DNA of 32,000 bases from Desulfuromusa sp. (GCA_016744595.1 JADGEB010000007.1:30012-62011), one strand, 5' to 3'; positions 10,494 to 18,981 are shown, counted from the first letter of the stretch. The notes: generated from the sequence alone by a model not told the origin. A program made the numbers and translations.

Positions 10494-11351
10494 TCAATCT
10501 CTTTGTCCTGCACGACGTTTTGCACTCAGCAAAGTATTATAGAGAAGCATGGTAATGGTCATTGGTCCAACACCGCCAGGCACCGGAGTGATAGCAGCTG
10601 CATTTTCGCACGCAGCGACAAAGTCAACGTCTCCAACCAACTTCTTTTCACCGACCCGATTAACACCAACGTCAATAACAACCGCTCCCTTTTTGATCCA
10701 ATCCCCCTTGACCATTTCGGGACGACCAACAGCAGCAATAACAACGTCAGCAGCAGCAACCTTTTGTGGCAAATCGACAGTTCTTGAATGACAGATCGTT
10801 ACTGTTGCATGTTCAGCTAGACACATCAGTGCTACAGGCTTACCAACAATGTTGGAACGCCCGACAATAACAACTTGTTTGCCTTTTAGTTCAACCCCGG
10901 TGTACTCAAGCATTTTCATGACACCATATGGGGTGCATGGTTGAAATACCGGATTTCCTGTCACCAGTCGACCAACATTATAGGGATGAAAGCCATCGAC
11001 ATCCTTGCTCGGTGAGATAGCCTCCAGAACCAACGACTCGTTAATATGTTCAGGAAGTGGTAATTGAACCAAAATACCATCAATTTTCTCATCATCGTTC
11101 AGACTAGCAATCAATTCCAGCAATTCAGTTTCACCGGTTTCAGCAGATAATTTATGTTCTACAGAATAAATCCCGGCTGCGGCACATGCTTTTTCTTTCA
11201 TCGAAACATAAACCCGACTCGCCGGATCTTCACCAACCAGCACAACCGCCAACCCCGGAGTAACCTTTTGACTAATCAGTTCCTGTGTATCAGCCGCAAT
11301 TTGCTTGCGCATTTCAGCTGCAATCGCTTTTCCATCAATAAGTTCTGCCAC
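10494..11351 (-). CDS. folD: Bifunctional 5,10-methylene-THF dehydrogenase / methenyl-THF cyclohydrolase
   Basis: 285 aa. Motifs LVGEDPASRVYV, VVIVGRSNIVGKPVA and PVPGGVGPMT. GTG start at 11349-11351 with GGAGG 7 nt upstream. Confidence 0.93.
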   Translation of the reverse strand: MAELIDGKAIAAEMRKQIAADTQELISQKVTPGLAVVLVGEDPASRVYVSMKEKACAAAGIYSVEHKLSAETGETELLELIASLNDDEKIDGILVQLPLPEHINESLVLEAISPSKDVDGFHPYNVGRLVTGNPVFQPCTPYGVMKMLEYTGVELKGKQVVIVGRSNIVGKPVALMCLAEHATVTICHSRTVDLPQKVAAADVVIAAVGRPEMVKGDWIKKGAVVIDVGVNRVGEKKLVGDVDFVAACENAAAITPVPGGVGPMTITMLLYNTLLSAKRRAGQRD

Positions 11352-11451
11352 CTGGAAGCCTCCATCGAAAAGAATTTCAAACTCTCATGAAAATCAAACT
11401 ATACGTAAGCAAACACGGTTTGTAAACCTGCTTTCGTTACTATGACAAAGC

Positions 11452-11486
11452 AAAAAGCCCCCGTCAGAATTTTATCTGACGGGGGC
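11452..11486 (-). terminator. Rho-independent terminator after the zinc-ribbon gene
   Basis: Perfect 12-bp stem, GCCCCCGTCAGA (11457-11468) with TCTGACGGGGGC (11475-11486), and a 6-nt loop. On the minus strand it is followed by TTTTTGCTTTG. Confidence 0.85.
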
Positions 11487-11508
11487 TTCTAAACACAAGC
11501 AAACCGAC

Positions 11509-11760
11509 TCAACCATTTGCCGCTTTGGGACAAGAAACACAGGCATCACTGTTGCCAGCAGCAGGTGCAGAACAACTCTTTCCCTGAGAATAGCCTTGCT
11601 CGTACCAGCCCCCCCCCTTAAGGGCAAAAGCCGTCTGTGATATCTGCTTTTTTGCATTTCCACCGCATTGACGGCAGGTATTAATCGGTTCATCAGAAAA
11701 TTTTTGCCGAACTTCAAAGTTCAGTCCACAATCTTCACATTGGTACTCATATAGCGGCAT
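11509..11760 (-). CDS. FmdB/CxxC_CxxC_SSSS family zinc-ribbon protein
   Basis: MPLYEYQCEDCGLNFEV...INTCRQCGG has two CxxC pairs. The ATG at 11758-11760 is preceded by GGAGG 9 nt upstream, so the TTG at 11769 in the ORF track is less likely. Confidence 0.8.
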   Translation of the reverse strand: MPLYEYQCEDCGLNFEVRQKFSDEPINTCRQCGGNAKKQISQTAFALKGGGWYEQGYSQGKSCSAPAAGNSDACVSCPKAANG

Positions 11761-11866
11761 AATTAACAACCTCCAACTGCAATATATATTCTTGGGTAAA
11801 CAGCTGCGGATAGTAAGTTGACAGAGGAATTGGTGTCAAGATAAGTTTATACCAAGCAGTCAAATA

Positions 11867-12397
11867 TCAAGGAAAATCAAGCTGCTCGTCTATATCTTCG
11901 TCGCTGATCAACGGTTGCAGTAAACGTGTTTGATTATCATTCTCTTCAATTTGCAAAGTATCCATATCCATTAATTTTAAATGGTTTTCAATAAGGGATC
12001 GCAGACCACCTTCAAATGAAATCTTCTGACGTTTTATCTCCTGGATTTCACTGACCAATTGCACCCGACGCTCACTGGCATCGCGAATCACCCTTTCACC
12101 CTCAATATGAGCCTCTGCGACCACAATTTCAGCTTCTTTTCGGGCATTCAGCTTCAGCTCTTCGGTCACCTGTTGAGCGGTCATTAGGGTTTCCTGTAAT
12201 GATTTTTCCCTCTCACGCATCTGCTCCAGGGATGTCCGAGTTCGAGCCAAAGATTCTTTAAGCTCGTTATTCTGCTTATGCAACCGCTCAAGTTCATCGG
12301 CTAGCATTTCAAGGAAATGATCAACAGCAGACGTATCATAACCAAACATACGGGTTTTGAACTGATGTTGCTGAATCTCTATCGGAGTGATCCGCAT
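11867..12397 (-). CDS. DivIVA domain-containing protein
   Basis: 176 aa. The N-terminus MRITPIEIQQHQFKTRMFGYDTSAVDHFLE is the DivIVA signature, followed by coiled coil. It sits next to yggT, as in many genomes. Confidence 0.85.
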   Translation of the reverse strand: MRITPIEIQQHQFKTRMFGYDTSAVDHFLEMLADELERLHKQNNELKESLARTRTSLEQMREREKSLQETLMTAQQVTEELKLNARKEAEIVVAEAHIEGERVIRDASERRVQLVSEIQEIKRQKISFEGGLRSLIENHLKLMDMDTLQIEENDNQTRLLQPLISDEDIDEQLDFP

Positions 12398-12421
12398 TAT
12401 TCTATCCCTCTAGAAGTTTAG

Positions 12422-12706
12422 TTAATGAGCCAGTTGATACAAAAATGAGACAACTACCTGCTGCACAACAGAAAGAAGAATAAGTAGCGCAATGGGAGAC
12501 AAATCAAAACCACCGGCTTGTAAAAATGGTAGCAGGCGCCTTAATCGATACAGGAGTGGGTCAGTGGCACTATGCAGAAAACGAACAATTGGGTTATAAG
12601 GATCGGGATTAACCCAAGATATCAGCGCCCTGGCAATGACAATAAAAGTAAAGATATTAAATGCCAAATCAAGGATTCTGGCAATTGCGATAATTAAAAC
12701 ACTCAT
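12422..12706 (-). CDS. yggT: YggT family membrane protein
   Basis: ISWVNPDPYNPIVRFLHSATDPLLYRLRRLLP...GGFDLSPIALLILL matches the YggT pattern. I prefer the ATG at 12704-12706 (GAGAGAGG upstream) to the GTG at 12730, which has no SD. The start remains uncertain. Confidence 0.8.
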   Translation of the reverse strand: MSVLIIAIARILDLAFNIFTFIVIARALISWVNPDPYNPIVRFLHSATDPLLYRLRRLLPFLQAGGFDLSPIALLILLSVVQQVVVSFLYQLAH

Positions 12707-12816
12707 AGGGCTTAAACCTCTCTCTGTCACCGAAATCGTTGTAATTATGCGTTTTTATACCGAATGGAACCACCCCTGTCAAACGATTCCCTCACCCCAT
12801 ATGGCATCCTTGTTTT

Positions 12817-12845
12817 TTGACTTAGATCGAAAAAACCGCTAAGTT
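12817..12845 (+). promoter_or_regulatory. Candidate sigma70 promoter for the DAHP synthase gene
   Basis: TTGACT (12817-12822), 17-nt spacer, TAAGTT (12840-12845), about 55 nt upstream of the ATG. This is a consensus match only. Confidence 0.35.
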
Positions 12846-12898
12846 GCTCTCGTAAGTACTTTTCAACCAGATATATTCCTTAAAACGAGGTTAACATA

Positions 12899-13948
12899 AT
12901 GGTTCAAACCAACAATCTAAACGTTCTGGAAGTGTCTCCGATTATTGCACCGCAGGACTTGAAGCAAGTATTTCCCCTGCCGATTACAGAGGCTTCCTTT
13001 GTCAATGATAGTCGCAATGCTATCAAATCGATCCTTAGGGGAGAGGATAAACGGCTGTTAGCGGTTGTGGGGCCCTGCTCCATCCACGATCCGATAGCAG
13101 CGATAGAATACGCCCACCGTTTGGCCAAACTGGCAGATGAGTTACAGGATCAACTACTAATCATCATGCGGGTCTATTTCGAAAAACCTCGTACGACCGT
13201 CGGCTGGAAGGGTCTCATCAACGACCCGGATATGGATGGCAGCCATCAAATTTCTAAAGGATTAGGTGTAGCACGCCAACTTTTCTGTGCCATAACAGAT
13301 ATGCGACTGCCAATCGCCTGTGAAATGCTCGACCCAATAACTCCTCAATATCTTTCCGATATGATCAGTTGGGGAGCCATCGGTGCACGAACTACAGAAT
13401 CTCAGACACACCGGGAAATGGCCAGCGGCCTTTCCTTTCCTGTTGGTTTTAAAAATGGAACCGACGGCGGACTGAAGATTGCTACAGATGCCATGGCTGC
13501 AGCCTGTCGAGAACACAGCTTTCTCGGTATCAACTATGAGGGACGCTCATCAATCGTTCATACCTCTGGGAACCCAGATGTCCATATTGTCTTACGTGGG
13601 GGAGATAATGCTCCTAACTACTACCGAAAAGAGGTAGGAAAAGCGGTCGAACTTTTACGTAAAAACCAGCTCCCCCCTGCCATCATGGTCGATTGCAGCC
13701 ATGCCAATTCGTACAAAGACCACAACCGGCAAGGGGAAGTTTTAGATAATATTATTGATCAACGAATTGCTGATCCAAGTTCGATTGCCGGAGTTATGAT
13801 TGAGAGCAATATCAATGCCGGGAACCAGAGCCTTCCAAAAGATCTCAATCAGCTAAAATATGGAGTATCGATTACAGATAAATGTGTCGACTGGGAAACA
13901 ACGGTAAAGATGTTAACCAAAGCGCACAGCAGTCTGGCACAAAAGTAA
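12899..13948 (+). CDS. aroG: 3-deoxy-7-phosphoheptulonate (DAHP) synthase, class I alpha
   Basis: 349 aa, collinear with my recollection of E. coli AroG/AroF: GPCSIHDP, MRVYFEKPRTTVGWKGLINDP, WGAIGARTTESQTHRE, GFKNGTDG. Which isozyme and which feedback specificity cannot be told from the sequence. Confidence 0.92.
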   Translation: MVQTNNLNVLEVSPIIAPQDLKQVFPLPITEASFVNDSRNAIKSILRGEDKRLLAVVGPCSIHDPIAAIEYAHRLAKLADELQDQLLIIMRVYFEKPRTTVGWKGLINDPDMDGSHQISKGLGVARQLFCAITDMRLPIACEMLDPITPQYLSDMISWGAIGARTTESQTHREMASGLSFPVGFKNGTDGGLKIATDAMAAACREHSFLGINYEGRSSIVHTSGNPDVHIVLRGGDNAPNYYRKEVGKAVELLRKNQLPPAIMVDCSHANSYKDHNRQGEVLDNIIDQRIADPSSIAGVMIESNINAGNQSLPKDLNQLKYGVSITDKCVDWETTVKMLTKAHSSLAQK

Positions 13949-14019
13949 AGAAAATCTGGAGGTGTTTATCTGCCAAGTTTTAATAACTTTTTTAGACTAA
14001 CACCTTCAGACGGAACCAC

Positions 14020-14328
14020 TTAATGCATCGGTTGACTCTTTAGTCCTTTATCATTTATTCCAACTTGATCAATAACACCATGGCTTTTCTCATAACTATC
14101 AATATTGTGCTGTAATGCCTGCAATAGTCGCTTGGCATGCCGCGGTGAGGTAATTAATCGTGATTGAACTCGTGCTTTGGGTGCTTGTGGCTGGATATAG
14201 ATACAATCAATAACAAATTCGCTATCGTTGTGATTCACTACCACCATGTTGACATACTGGCCGCTCGCAACATCATCACTCATTTGGATTTCAAGCTTTA
14301 CTTCCTGTTCTCTTTCCATATCACCCAT
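14020..14328 (-). CDS. DUF3467 domain-containing protein
   Basis: 102 aa. GQYVNMVVVNHNDSEFVIDCIYIQPQAPKARVQSRLITSPRHAKRLLQALQHNIDSYEKSHG matches the DUF3467 pattern as I remember it. The start could also be the internal Met at 14319. Confidence 0.65.
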   Translation of the reverse strand: MGDMEREQEVKLEIQMSDDVASGQYVNMVVVNHNDSEFVIDCIYIQPQAPKARVQSRLITSPRHAKRLLQALQHNIDSYEKSHGVIDQVGINDKGLKSQPMH

Positions 14329-14400
14329 CTATTTGTCTCCTGAAAATAAGTACTAAAATCTGATGCGACCACAAACAATCATAAGATTGCAATAACGCCA

Positions 14401-14721
14401 TCATAAATCATTCAGTAATCGATAAACGCCCTGCTCTAACTCCCAAACTATTTCCCCAGCTTTCTGGTGCTCGTCTTTTTCCAGCAGCACTCTCGCTTGA
14501 TCAAGATCGCCATGCGCTTTTAGCAGAACAGGTGATAGCTTTGCTTCTAATTGAAATTGTGGAATTTCACCAACTAAATCCACCCAATCCTGCAATTCTT
14601 CTGCTGCAATATCAACCAAGCGTAGCGCCTTAACTGTATTCTCAGGCAGTATTTCATAGAGATGATCCGATTCCTGATCTATCTGTTCCAGAATTTGACG
14701 ATAGCGTTCTGAAATTGACAT
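14401..14721 (-). CDS. Hypothetical acidic, predicted all-helical protein
   Basis: 106-aa ORF with no competing frame and no family I recognise. Confidence 0.5.
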   Translation of the reverse strand: MSISERYRQILEQIDQESDHLYEILPENTVKALRLVDIAAEELQDWVDLVGEIPQFQLEAKLSPVLLKAHGDLDQARVLLEKDEHQKAGEIVWELEQGVYRLLNDL

Positions 14722-14891
14722 AGAGTCTTCCTTTGCTGTGAAACTAAATGATGTCGCAGAAAAACTCTCCCGCGTACTTATAAATTGGACAATTTTTCAA
14801 CATATTTCTCATATTACTTTATTCTGAGCGCATCCTATGCGAAAGGAACTGTAAAGATCAAACTTAAACAGCTATATTTTCTGCTTACTGG

Positions 14892-14920
14892 TTGACTTTC
14901 GTTGTATCAGACTGTTAATT
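14892..14920 (+). promoter_or_regulatory. Candidate promoter of the thi operon
   Basis: TTGACT (14892-14897), 17-nt spacer, TTAATT (14915-14920). This would place the transcription start just upstream of the riboswitch P1 helix. Weak -10. Confidence 0.3.
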
Positions 14921-14939
14921 TCATTACGTCTGAATGACA

Positions 14940-15026
14940 CGCTAGGGGCGTCTTCGTTACTGAGAGTTCTAGACTTCTAGAACAACCCTTGGAACCTGAT
15001 CCGGGTGATACCGGCGTAGGGAAGCG
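14940..15026 (+). promoter_or_regulatory. TPP (THI-box) riboswitch aptamer
   Basis: CGCTAGGGGCG...CTGAGAG...(P3 hairpin GTTCTAGA-CT-TCTAGAAC)...ACCCTTGGAACCTGATCCGGGTGATACCGGCGTAGGGAAGCG. The conserved CUGAGA, ACCUGAUC and CGUAGGGAA blocks are present, and P1 pairs CGCT with AGCG. It lies immediately upstream of thiamine genes. Confidence 0.93.
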
Positions 15027-15056
15027 GCAACAAACACCGATAGAGCTCCTATCGGC

Positions 15057-15079
15057 AGCCGCCTTTTGGCGGTTTTTTT
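15057..15079 (+). terminator. Riboswitch expression-platform intrinsic terminator
   Basis: AGCCGCC-TTTT-GGCGGTT hairpin followed by a T7 run (15073-15079). The 3' strand of P1 (AGCGGC, 15023-15028) can alternatively pair with GCCGC of the terminator 5' arm, giving a possible antiterminator. Confidence 0.8.
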
Positions 15080-15092
15080 ATTGATGCAGGTT

Positions 15093-15899
15093 ATGCTGAT
15101 CTATCTTAACGAAAACCAGCTAGAAATAAAAACCGGCGGTCGGTTGTATGCACTCCGTGAATACTACAAAGAGGATGCAGATCTACTGATTGTCAACGGC
15201 TATCCGGTGAATGATGATCAAGAACTGAACGAAGGTGATCATATCATCATGATTAAGCGGGGAGAACACCCCTCTGCTGAAGAATTAGAAATCCTGATGA
15301 TGGCAAGGCACACCCCTGGCGTACATGAGAAACTGAAACATGCCTGTGTTGGGATTGCAGGTGCTGGAGGGCTTGGCTCTCAAGTGGCATTCGCCTTGGC
15401 CAGGGTTGGTATTGGGCAGCTGGTTATTGCTGATTACGACATTGTAGAGCCTTCCAACCTGAACCGGCAGCAATATTTTATCGATCAGATCGGCATGCCA
15501 AAAGTTATAGCGCTGCAGGACAACCTGCAACGAATAAACCCGGGCACAAAAATCAATACTTACCATCAGAAAGTGACGCCGGAAAATATTACAGGTTTTT
15601 TTAGCGACGTGAATATCCTAGTTGAAGCCTTTGACGCAGCAGATCAGAAAGCAATGTTGACAAACCATTTTCTTTGTAATTTTCCCGATAAATTTTTAGT
15701 AGCTGCTTCTGGGATTGCCGGATATGAAACCTCCAACAGTATTCGTACAACCAAAATATCTGATCATTTTTATCTTTGTGGCGACGGTGTTACAGCTGCA
15801 GAACCGGGATGCGGACTGATGGCTCCTCGTGTAGGGATTGCTGCACATCATCAAGCCAATGCAGTTCTCAGACTATTACTTAACAAATCGCCAGAGTGA
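15093..15899 (+). CDS. thiF: ThiF-type (family 2) sulfur-carrier adenylyltransferase with an N-terminal ThiS-like extension
   Basis: Rossmann motif VGIAGAGGLGSQVAFALARVGIGQLVIADYDIVEPSNLNRQ. The first roughly 70 aa (MLIYLNENQLEIKTGG...GDHIIMIKRG) look like a beta-grasp ThiS fold without a terminal GG. The ORF-track start at 15066 lies inside the terminator T-tract. ATG 15084 or ATG 15093 are the realistic starts, and neither has a strong SD. Confidence 0.85.
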   Translation: MLIYLNENQLEIKTGGRLYALREYYKEDADLLIVNGYPVNDDQELNEGDHIIMIKRGEHPSAEELEILMMARHTPGVHEKLKHACVGIAGAGGLGSQVAFALARVGIGQLVIADYDIVEPSNLNRQQYFIDQIGMPKVIALQDNLQRINPGTKINTYHQKVTPENITGFFSDVNILVEAFDAADQKAMLTNHFLCNFPDKFLVAASGIAGYETSNSIRTTKISDHFYLCGDGVTAAEPGCGLMAPRVGIAAHHQANAVLRLLLNKSPE

Positions 15900-15906
15900 A
15901 ATAAAC

Positions 15907-16107
15907 ATGAAATTAACAATCAACGGTGAAGTAAAGAGCTATCAGGAAAACTTAACGGTTCAGCAGCTTTTAGAAAAATTGAACCTGTCCCCTGAACGGG
16001 TGGTGGTAGAGTTAAATCGTAATATTCTTTCACCTGATATGCATATCAAAACAGAACTTAAATCTGAAGACACCATTGAACTGGTTCAGTTTGTTGGTGG
16101 GGGTTAA
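15907..16107 (+). CDS. thiS: Sulfur carrier protein ThiS
   Basis: 66 aa from the ATG at 15907: [25 protein letters not shown]...[10 protein letters not shown], with the C-terminal GG. The upstream part of the track ORF (15838) overlaps thiF and is not needed. Confidence 0.92.
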   Translation: MKLTINGEVKSYQENLTVQQLLEKLNLSPERVVVELNRNILSPDMHIKTELKSEDTIELVQFVGGG

Positions 16108-16123
16108 ACTAAGGATAAATACT

Positions 16124-16897
16124 ATGGATCAATTAATTATTGCCGGTCGAGCATTCAACTCACGTTTACTCGTCGGTACTGGCAAGTTCGCATCAAATCA
16201 GGTAATGGTGGCAGCGATGGAACACTCCGGCAGTGAAATTGTTACTGTCGCTCTACGCCGCGTTGATATAGACAATCCTGAAGATTCCCTTTTGACACAT
16301 ATCGACCCCAACCGTTATCTGTTATTGCCTAATACCAGTGGTGCCCGTGATGCTGAAGAAGCTATCCGCCTGGCTCGTCTGGCACGAGCTGCTGGCTGTG
16401 AGCCCTGGATCAAACTAGAAGTCACTCCAGATCCCTACTACCTTCTTCCTGATCCCATTGAGACCCTCAAAGCGGCAGAAGTTCTAGTTAAAGAGGGGTT
16501 TGTAGTCCTCCCCTATATGCCTGCCGATCCGGTTTTAGCAAAACATCTTGAGGAGATCGGCACCGCAACGGTGATGCCATTGGGAGCCCCAATTGGTACC
16601 AACCGAGGAGTAAGAACCCGCGACCTCATTGCTATTATTATTGAGCAGGCAAATGTTCCAGTTATCGTAGATGCCGGCCTTGGAGCACCCTCCCATGCTG
16701 CAGAGGCAATGGAAATGGGTGCAGATGCAGTTTTAGTCAACACCGCACTTGCCGACACACCGAATCCAGCCCTTATGGCTCAAGCCTTCCGTAAAGGGAC
16801 TGAAGCCGGTAGGGAAGCCTATCTTGCAGGGCTTGGTACAGAACGCCAACAAGCCGAAGCATCAAGTCCCCTGACCGGCTTCCTGAGGAATGATTGA
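16124..16897 (+). CDS. thiG: Thiazole synthase ThiG
   Basis: [22 protein letters not shown]...LLPNTSGA...[14 protein letters not shown] prefer the ATG at 16124 to the track start at 16076, which overlaps thiS. Confidence 0.93.
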   Translation: MDQLIIAGRAFNSRLLVGTGKFASNQVMVAAMEHSGSEIVTVALRRVDIDNPEDSLLTHIDPNRYLLLPNTSGARDAEEAIRLARLARAAGCEPWIKLEVTPDPYYLLPDPIETLKAAEVLVKEGFVVLPYMPADPVLAKHLEEIGTATVMPLGAPIGTNRGVRTRDLIAIIIEQANVPVIVDAGLGAPSHAAEAMEMGADAVLVNTALADTPNPALMAQAFRKGTEAGREAYLAGLGTERQQAEASSPLTGFLRND

Positions 16898-18021
16898 TGA
16901 GTTTTCAACAGCAGCTTGAGCTTTATCCGCAATCTGAGTTACAGAAAAAAATAGCAGAGACAACACCCGTACAAATTGATTTGGCGTTGCAAAAGCAACG
17001 TTTAAATATTGATGATTTTTCGCGTTTACTATCCCCCAATATCACTGACAGCCAATTAGAGCTAATGGCGGAGCAAGCACATCGGATCACCAAGCAAAGG
17101 TTTGGTCGAATCATTCTCCTCTATGCACCCCTTTATTTATCTAATGAATGTTTCAATGGCTGTAAATATTGCGGATTCAGTGCTGACAATCATTTTCCAC
17201 GTAAAACTTTGTCATTGAAAGAGATTGAGCGAGAGGCTAAATATCTCCGTAGCCAGGGATTCCGGCACATGTTGCTACTGACGGGTGAAGCCCCCAAAGT
17301 TGCTGGAATCGACTATCTTGAAGGTGCCGTAAAAATCATCAAAAAATACTGTGGTTCTGTTTCGATAGAAGTCTTTCCTATGGATACAGACGGTTATCAG
17401 CGCATGGTTGCAGCCGGAGTTGATGGCTTAACGGTATACCAAGAAACTTATGATGCAGAGCTTTACCGGCAACTTCACCCCTATGGCCCCAAAAGTGACT
17501 ATCTCTACCGCCTTGACGCTCCAGAAAGAGCTGGAGTTGCAGGATTACGAAGAATTGGCATTGGCTCTTTACTTGGATTAGGTGACAGCCTAAGCGACGT
17601 CTTCTACAGTGGATTACATGCCCTTTATCTTGCCCGTAAATTTTGGCGGTCCCAGGTAACACTCTCCTTTCCACGCCTCTGCCCCGCAGATGGTGGATTT
17701 CAGCCCAACAGCATCGTAGATGACCGACAGCTCACTCAATTTATCTGTGCCCTACGCCTGTTAATCCCCGATGCTGGATTGGTTCTTTCAACACGTGAGA
17801 GCGCCGAACTTCGCAATAACCTACTACCACTTGGAATTACCCAGATGAGTGCTGGTTCCTGTACTGCCCCTGGTGGCTATGGTGAAGACAATAAGGATGC
17901 TGAACAATTCAGTATAAGTGATCAACGCTCCCCTGCCGAAGTAGAAAAACTATTAAAGTCACGTGGATATGAAGCTGTATGGAAAGACTGGGATGGTGCA
18001 TTTCTAAATAAAGCAGGCTAA
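16897..18021 (+). CDS. thiH: 2-iminoacetate synthase ThiH (radical SAM tyrosine lyase)
   Basis: Radical SAM CxxxCxxC motif (CFNGCKYCGF). Sits in the thiG-thiH position. The ATG at 16897 overlaps the thiG TGA (TGATG); the TTG at 16894 is the alternative. Confidence 0.9.
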   Translation: MSFQQQLELYPQSELQKKIAETTPVQIDLALQKQRLNIDDFSRLLSPNITDSQLELMAEQAHRITKQRFGRIILLYAPLYLSNECFNGCKYCGFSADNHFPRKTLSLKEIEREAKYLRSQGFRHMLLLTGEAPKVAGIDYLEGAVKIIKKYCGSVSIEVFPMDTDGYQRMVAAGVDGLTVYQETYDAELYRQLHPYGPKSDYLYRLDAPERAGVAGLRRIGIGSLLGLGDSLSDVFYSGLHALYLARKFWRSQVTLSFPRLCPADGGFQPNSIVDDRQLTQFICALRLLIPDAGLVLSTRESAELRNNLLPLGITQMSAGSCTAPGGYGEDNKDAEQFSISDQRSPAEVEKLLKSRGYEAVWKDWDGAFLNKAG

Positions 18022-18053
18022 TGACCTAACCACCCCAAAACTACGAGATCACC

Positions 18054-18677
18054 ATGACTGAATCGTTACCAAGTCTATATCTGATAACAGACCGTCACCA
18101 AGTTCAAAATGGTCGTCAATTGGTTGAGGTGGTTGAGGAGTTACTGCAGGCAGGGGTAAAAATGGTTCAGCTACGAGAAAAGGATCTCACGGTAGCAGAA
18201 CTTTACCCTTTAGCAAAGGAACTTCGCACCCTGACTCGCCAGCACAAAAGCCTTCTGCTTATCAATGATCGTATCGACTTGGTTCAGGCCGTAGGCGCTG
18301 ATGGTGTTCATCTGGGTCACCGTTCCTTATCCATCAATATTTCCCGCCAGATCCTTGGGCCGAGCTACCTTATCGGGGCTTCCACCCATTCTGCAATCGA
18401 AGTTGAGACAGCACAAAATCAAGGTGCAGATTTTGTCACTTACGGTCCGATTTATTATACTCCCTCTAAAGCAGCTTATGGTGATCCAGTTGGGATTGAA
18501 TCGTTACAAGCTATCTGTCATACCTGCAAGATCCCTGTCTTTGCTCTCGGGGGAATCAAAATGGAAAACGTGAAGAAAACCCTGCAGACGGGGGTTCATG
18601 GTGTTGCTATGATTTCCGCTCTCATTTCAGAACAGTTGCCAACTAAAGCATACCAAACACTCTCCCTGGAACTATAA
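18054..18677 (+). CDS. thiE: Thiamine-phosphate synthase ThiE
   Basis: 207 aa. LYLITDR..., VQLREKD, INDRIDLVQAVGADGVHLG, FALGGI. Confidence 0.92.
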   Translation: MTESLPSLYLITDRHQVQNGRQLVEVVEELLQAGVKMVQLREKDLTVAELYPLAKELRTLTRQHKSLLLINDRIDLVQAVGADGVHLGHRSLSINISRQILGPSYLIGASTHSAIEVETAQNQGADFVTYGPIYYTPSKAAYGDPVGIESLQAICHTCKIPVFALGGIKMENVKKTLQTGVHGVAMISALISEQLPTKAYQTLSLEL

Positions 18678-18754
18678 TTTCCCTCCTCTACCACGATCAG
18701 GAATACCTTTTTTTGGCTCTACCTCAAAGAAAGGGGATAAAAAACTTTCCCTAT

Positions 18755-18791
18755 AAAAAAAGGGTTCCCGTAATGTAAGCGGGAACCCTTT
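18755..18791 (-). terminator. Rho-independent terminator of the tRNA Asp-Val-Asp unit (also closes thiE from the other side)
   Basis: Perfect 12-bp stem, AAAGGGTTCCCG (18759-18770) with CGGGAACCCTTT (18780-18791), and a 9-nt loop. A T7 run follows on the minus strand (plus-strand A-run 18755-18761). Confidence 0.85.
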
Positions 18792-18798
18792 AATTCTA

Positions 18799-18875
18799 TG
18801 GCGGGGCTGACGGGACTTGAACCCGCGACCTACGGCGTGACAGGCCGTTGTTGTAACCAACTCTACTACAGCCCC
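18799..18875 (-). tRNA. tRNA-Asp (GTC)
   Basis: The reverse complement folds as a cloverleaf: acceptor GGGGCTG/CAGCCCC, anticodon loop CTGTCAC, T-arm GCGGG-TTCAAGT-CCCGT, encoded CCA. The D-stem GTAG/CAAC carries one A-A mismatch. Confidence 0.93.
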
Positions 18876-18882
18876 ATAAAAA

Positions 18883-18958
18883 TGGTGGGCGAAGAGGGGC
18901 TCGAACCCCCGACATCCTGCTTGTAAGGCAGGCGCTCTCCCAGCTGAGCTATTCGCCC
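18883..18958 (-). tRNA. tRNA-Val (TAC)
   Basis: Reverse complement GGGCGAATAGCTCAGCTGGGAGAGCGCCTGCCTTACAAGCAGGATGTCGGGGGTTCGAGCCCCTCTTCGCCCACCA. Anticodon loop CTTACAA, encoded CCA. Confidence 0.95.
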
Positions 18959-18981
18959 TGGAAACTATCTAAATACTAAAA

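Noticed and set aside
11352-11456. Looked for a glycine riboswitch in the leader of the folD-gcv operon
   Set aside because: I found none of the conserved glycine-aptamer blocks on the minus strand. Only an SD and AT-rich sequence are present. A covariance-model scan would be needed for certainty.
11472-11717. 81-aa alternative-frame ORF overlapping the zinc-ribbon gene
   Set aside because: The other frame encodes a clean FmdB-type CxxC...CxxC zinc ribbon with a good SD. The alternative frame also runs through the terminator hairpin.
13955-14010. 12-bp inverted repeat (TCTGGAGGTGTT / AACACCTTCAGA) between the convergent aroG and DUF3467 genes, as a possible bidirectional terminator
   Set aside because: The loop is 32 nt, and the only T-run (13988-13993) lies inside the loop rather than after the stem. 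The alternative AAGTT/AACTT stem is too weak to call a terminator.
15066-15092. ORF-track start of thiF at 15066 (TTG)
   Set aside because: These codons are the 3' arm and U-tract of the riboswitch terminator, so a start here is unlikely. I chose a downstream ATG.
18672-18860. 62-aa ORF overlapping tRNA-Asp, and ORFs at 25292-25510 and 25484-25681 overlapping tRNA-Leu/His/Arg
   Set aside because: The underlying sequence folds into canonical tRNAs, so the ORFs are coincidental.
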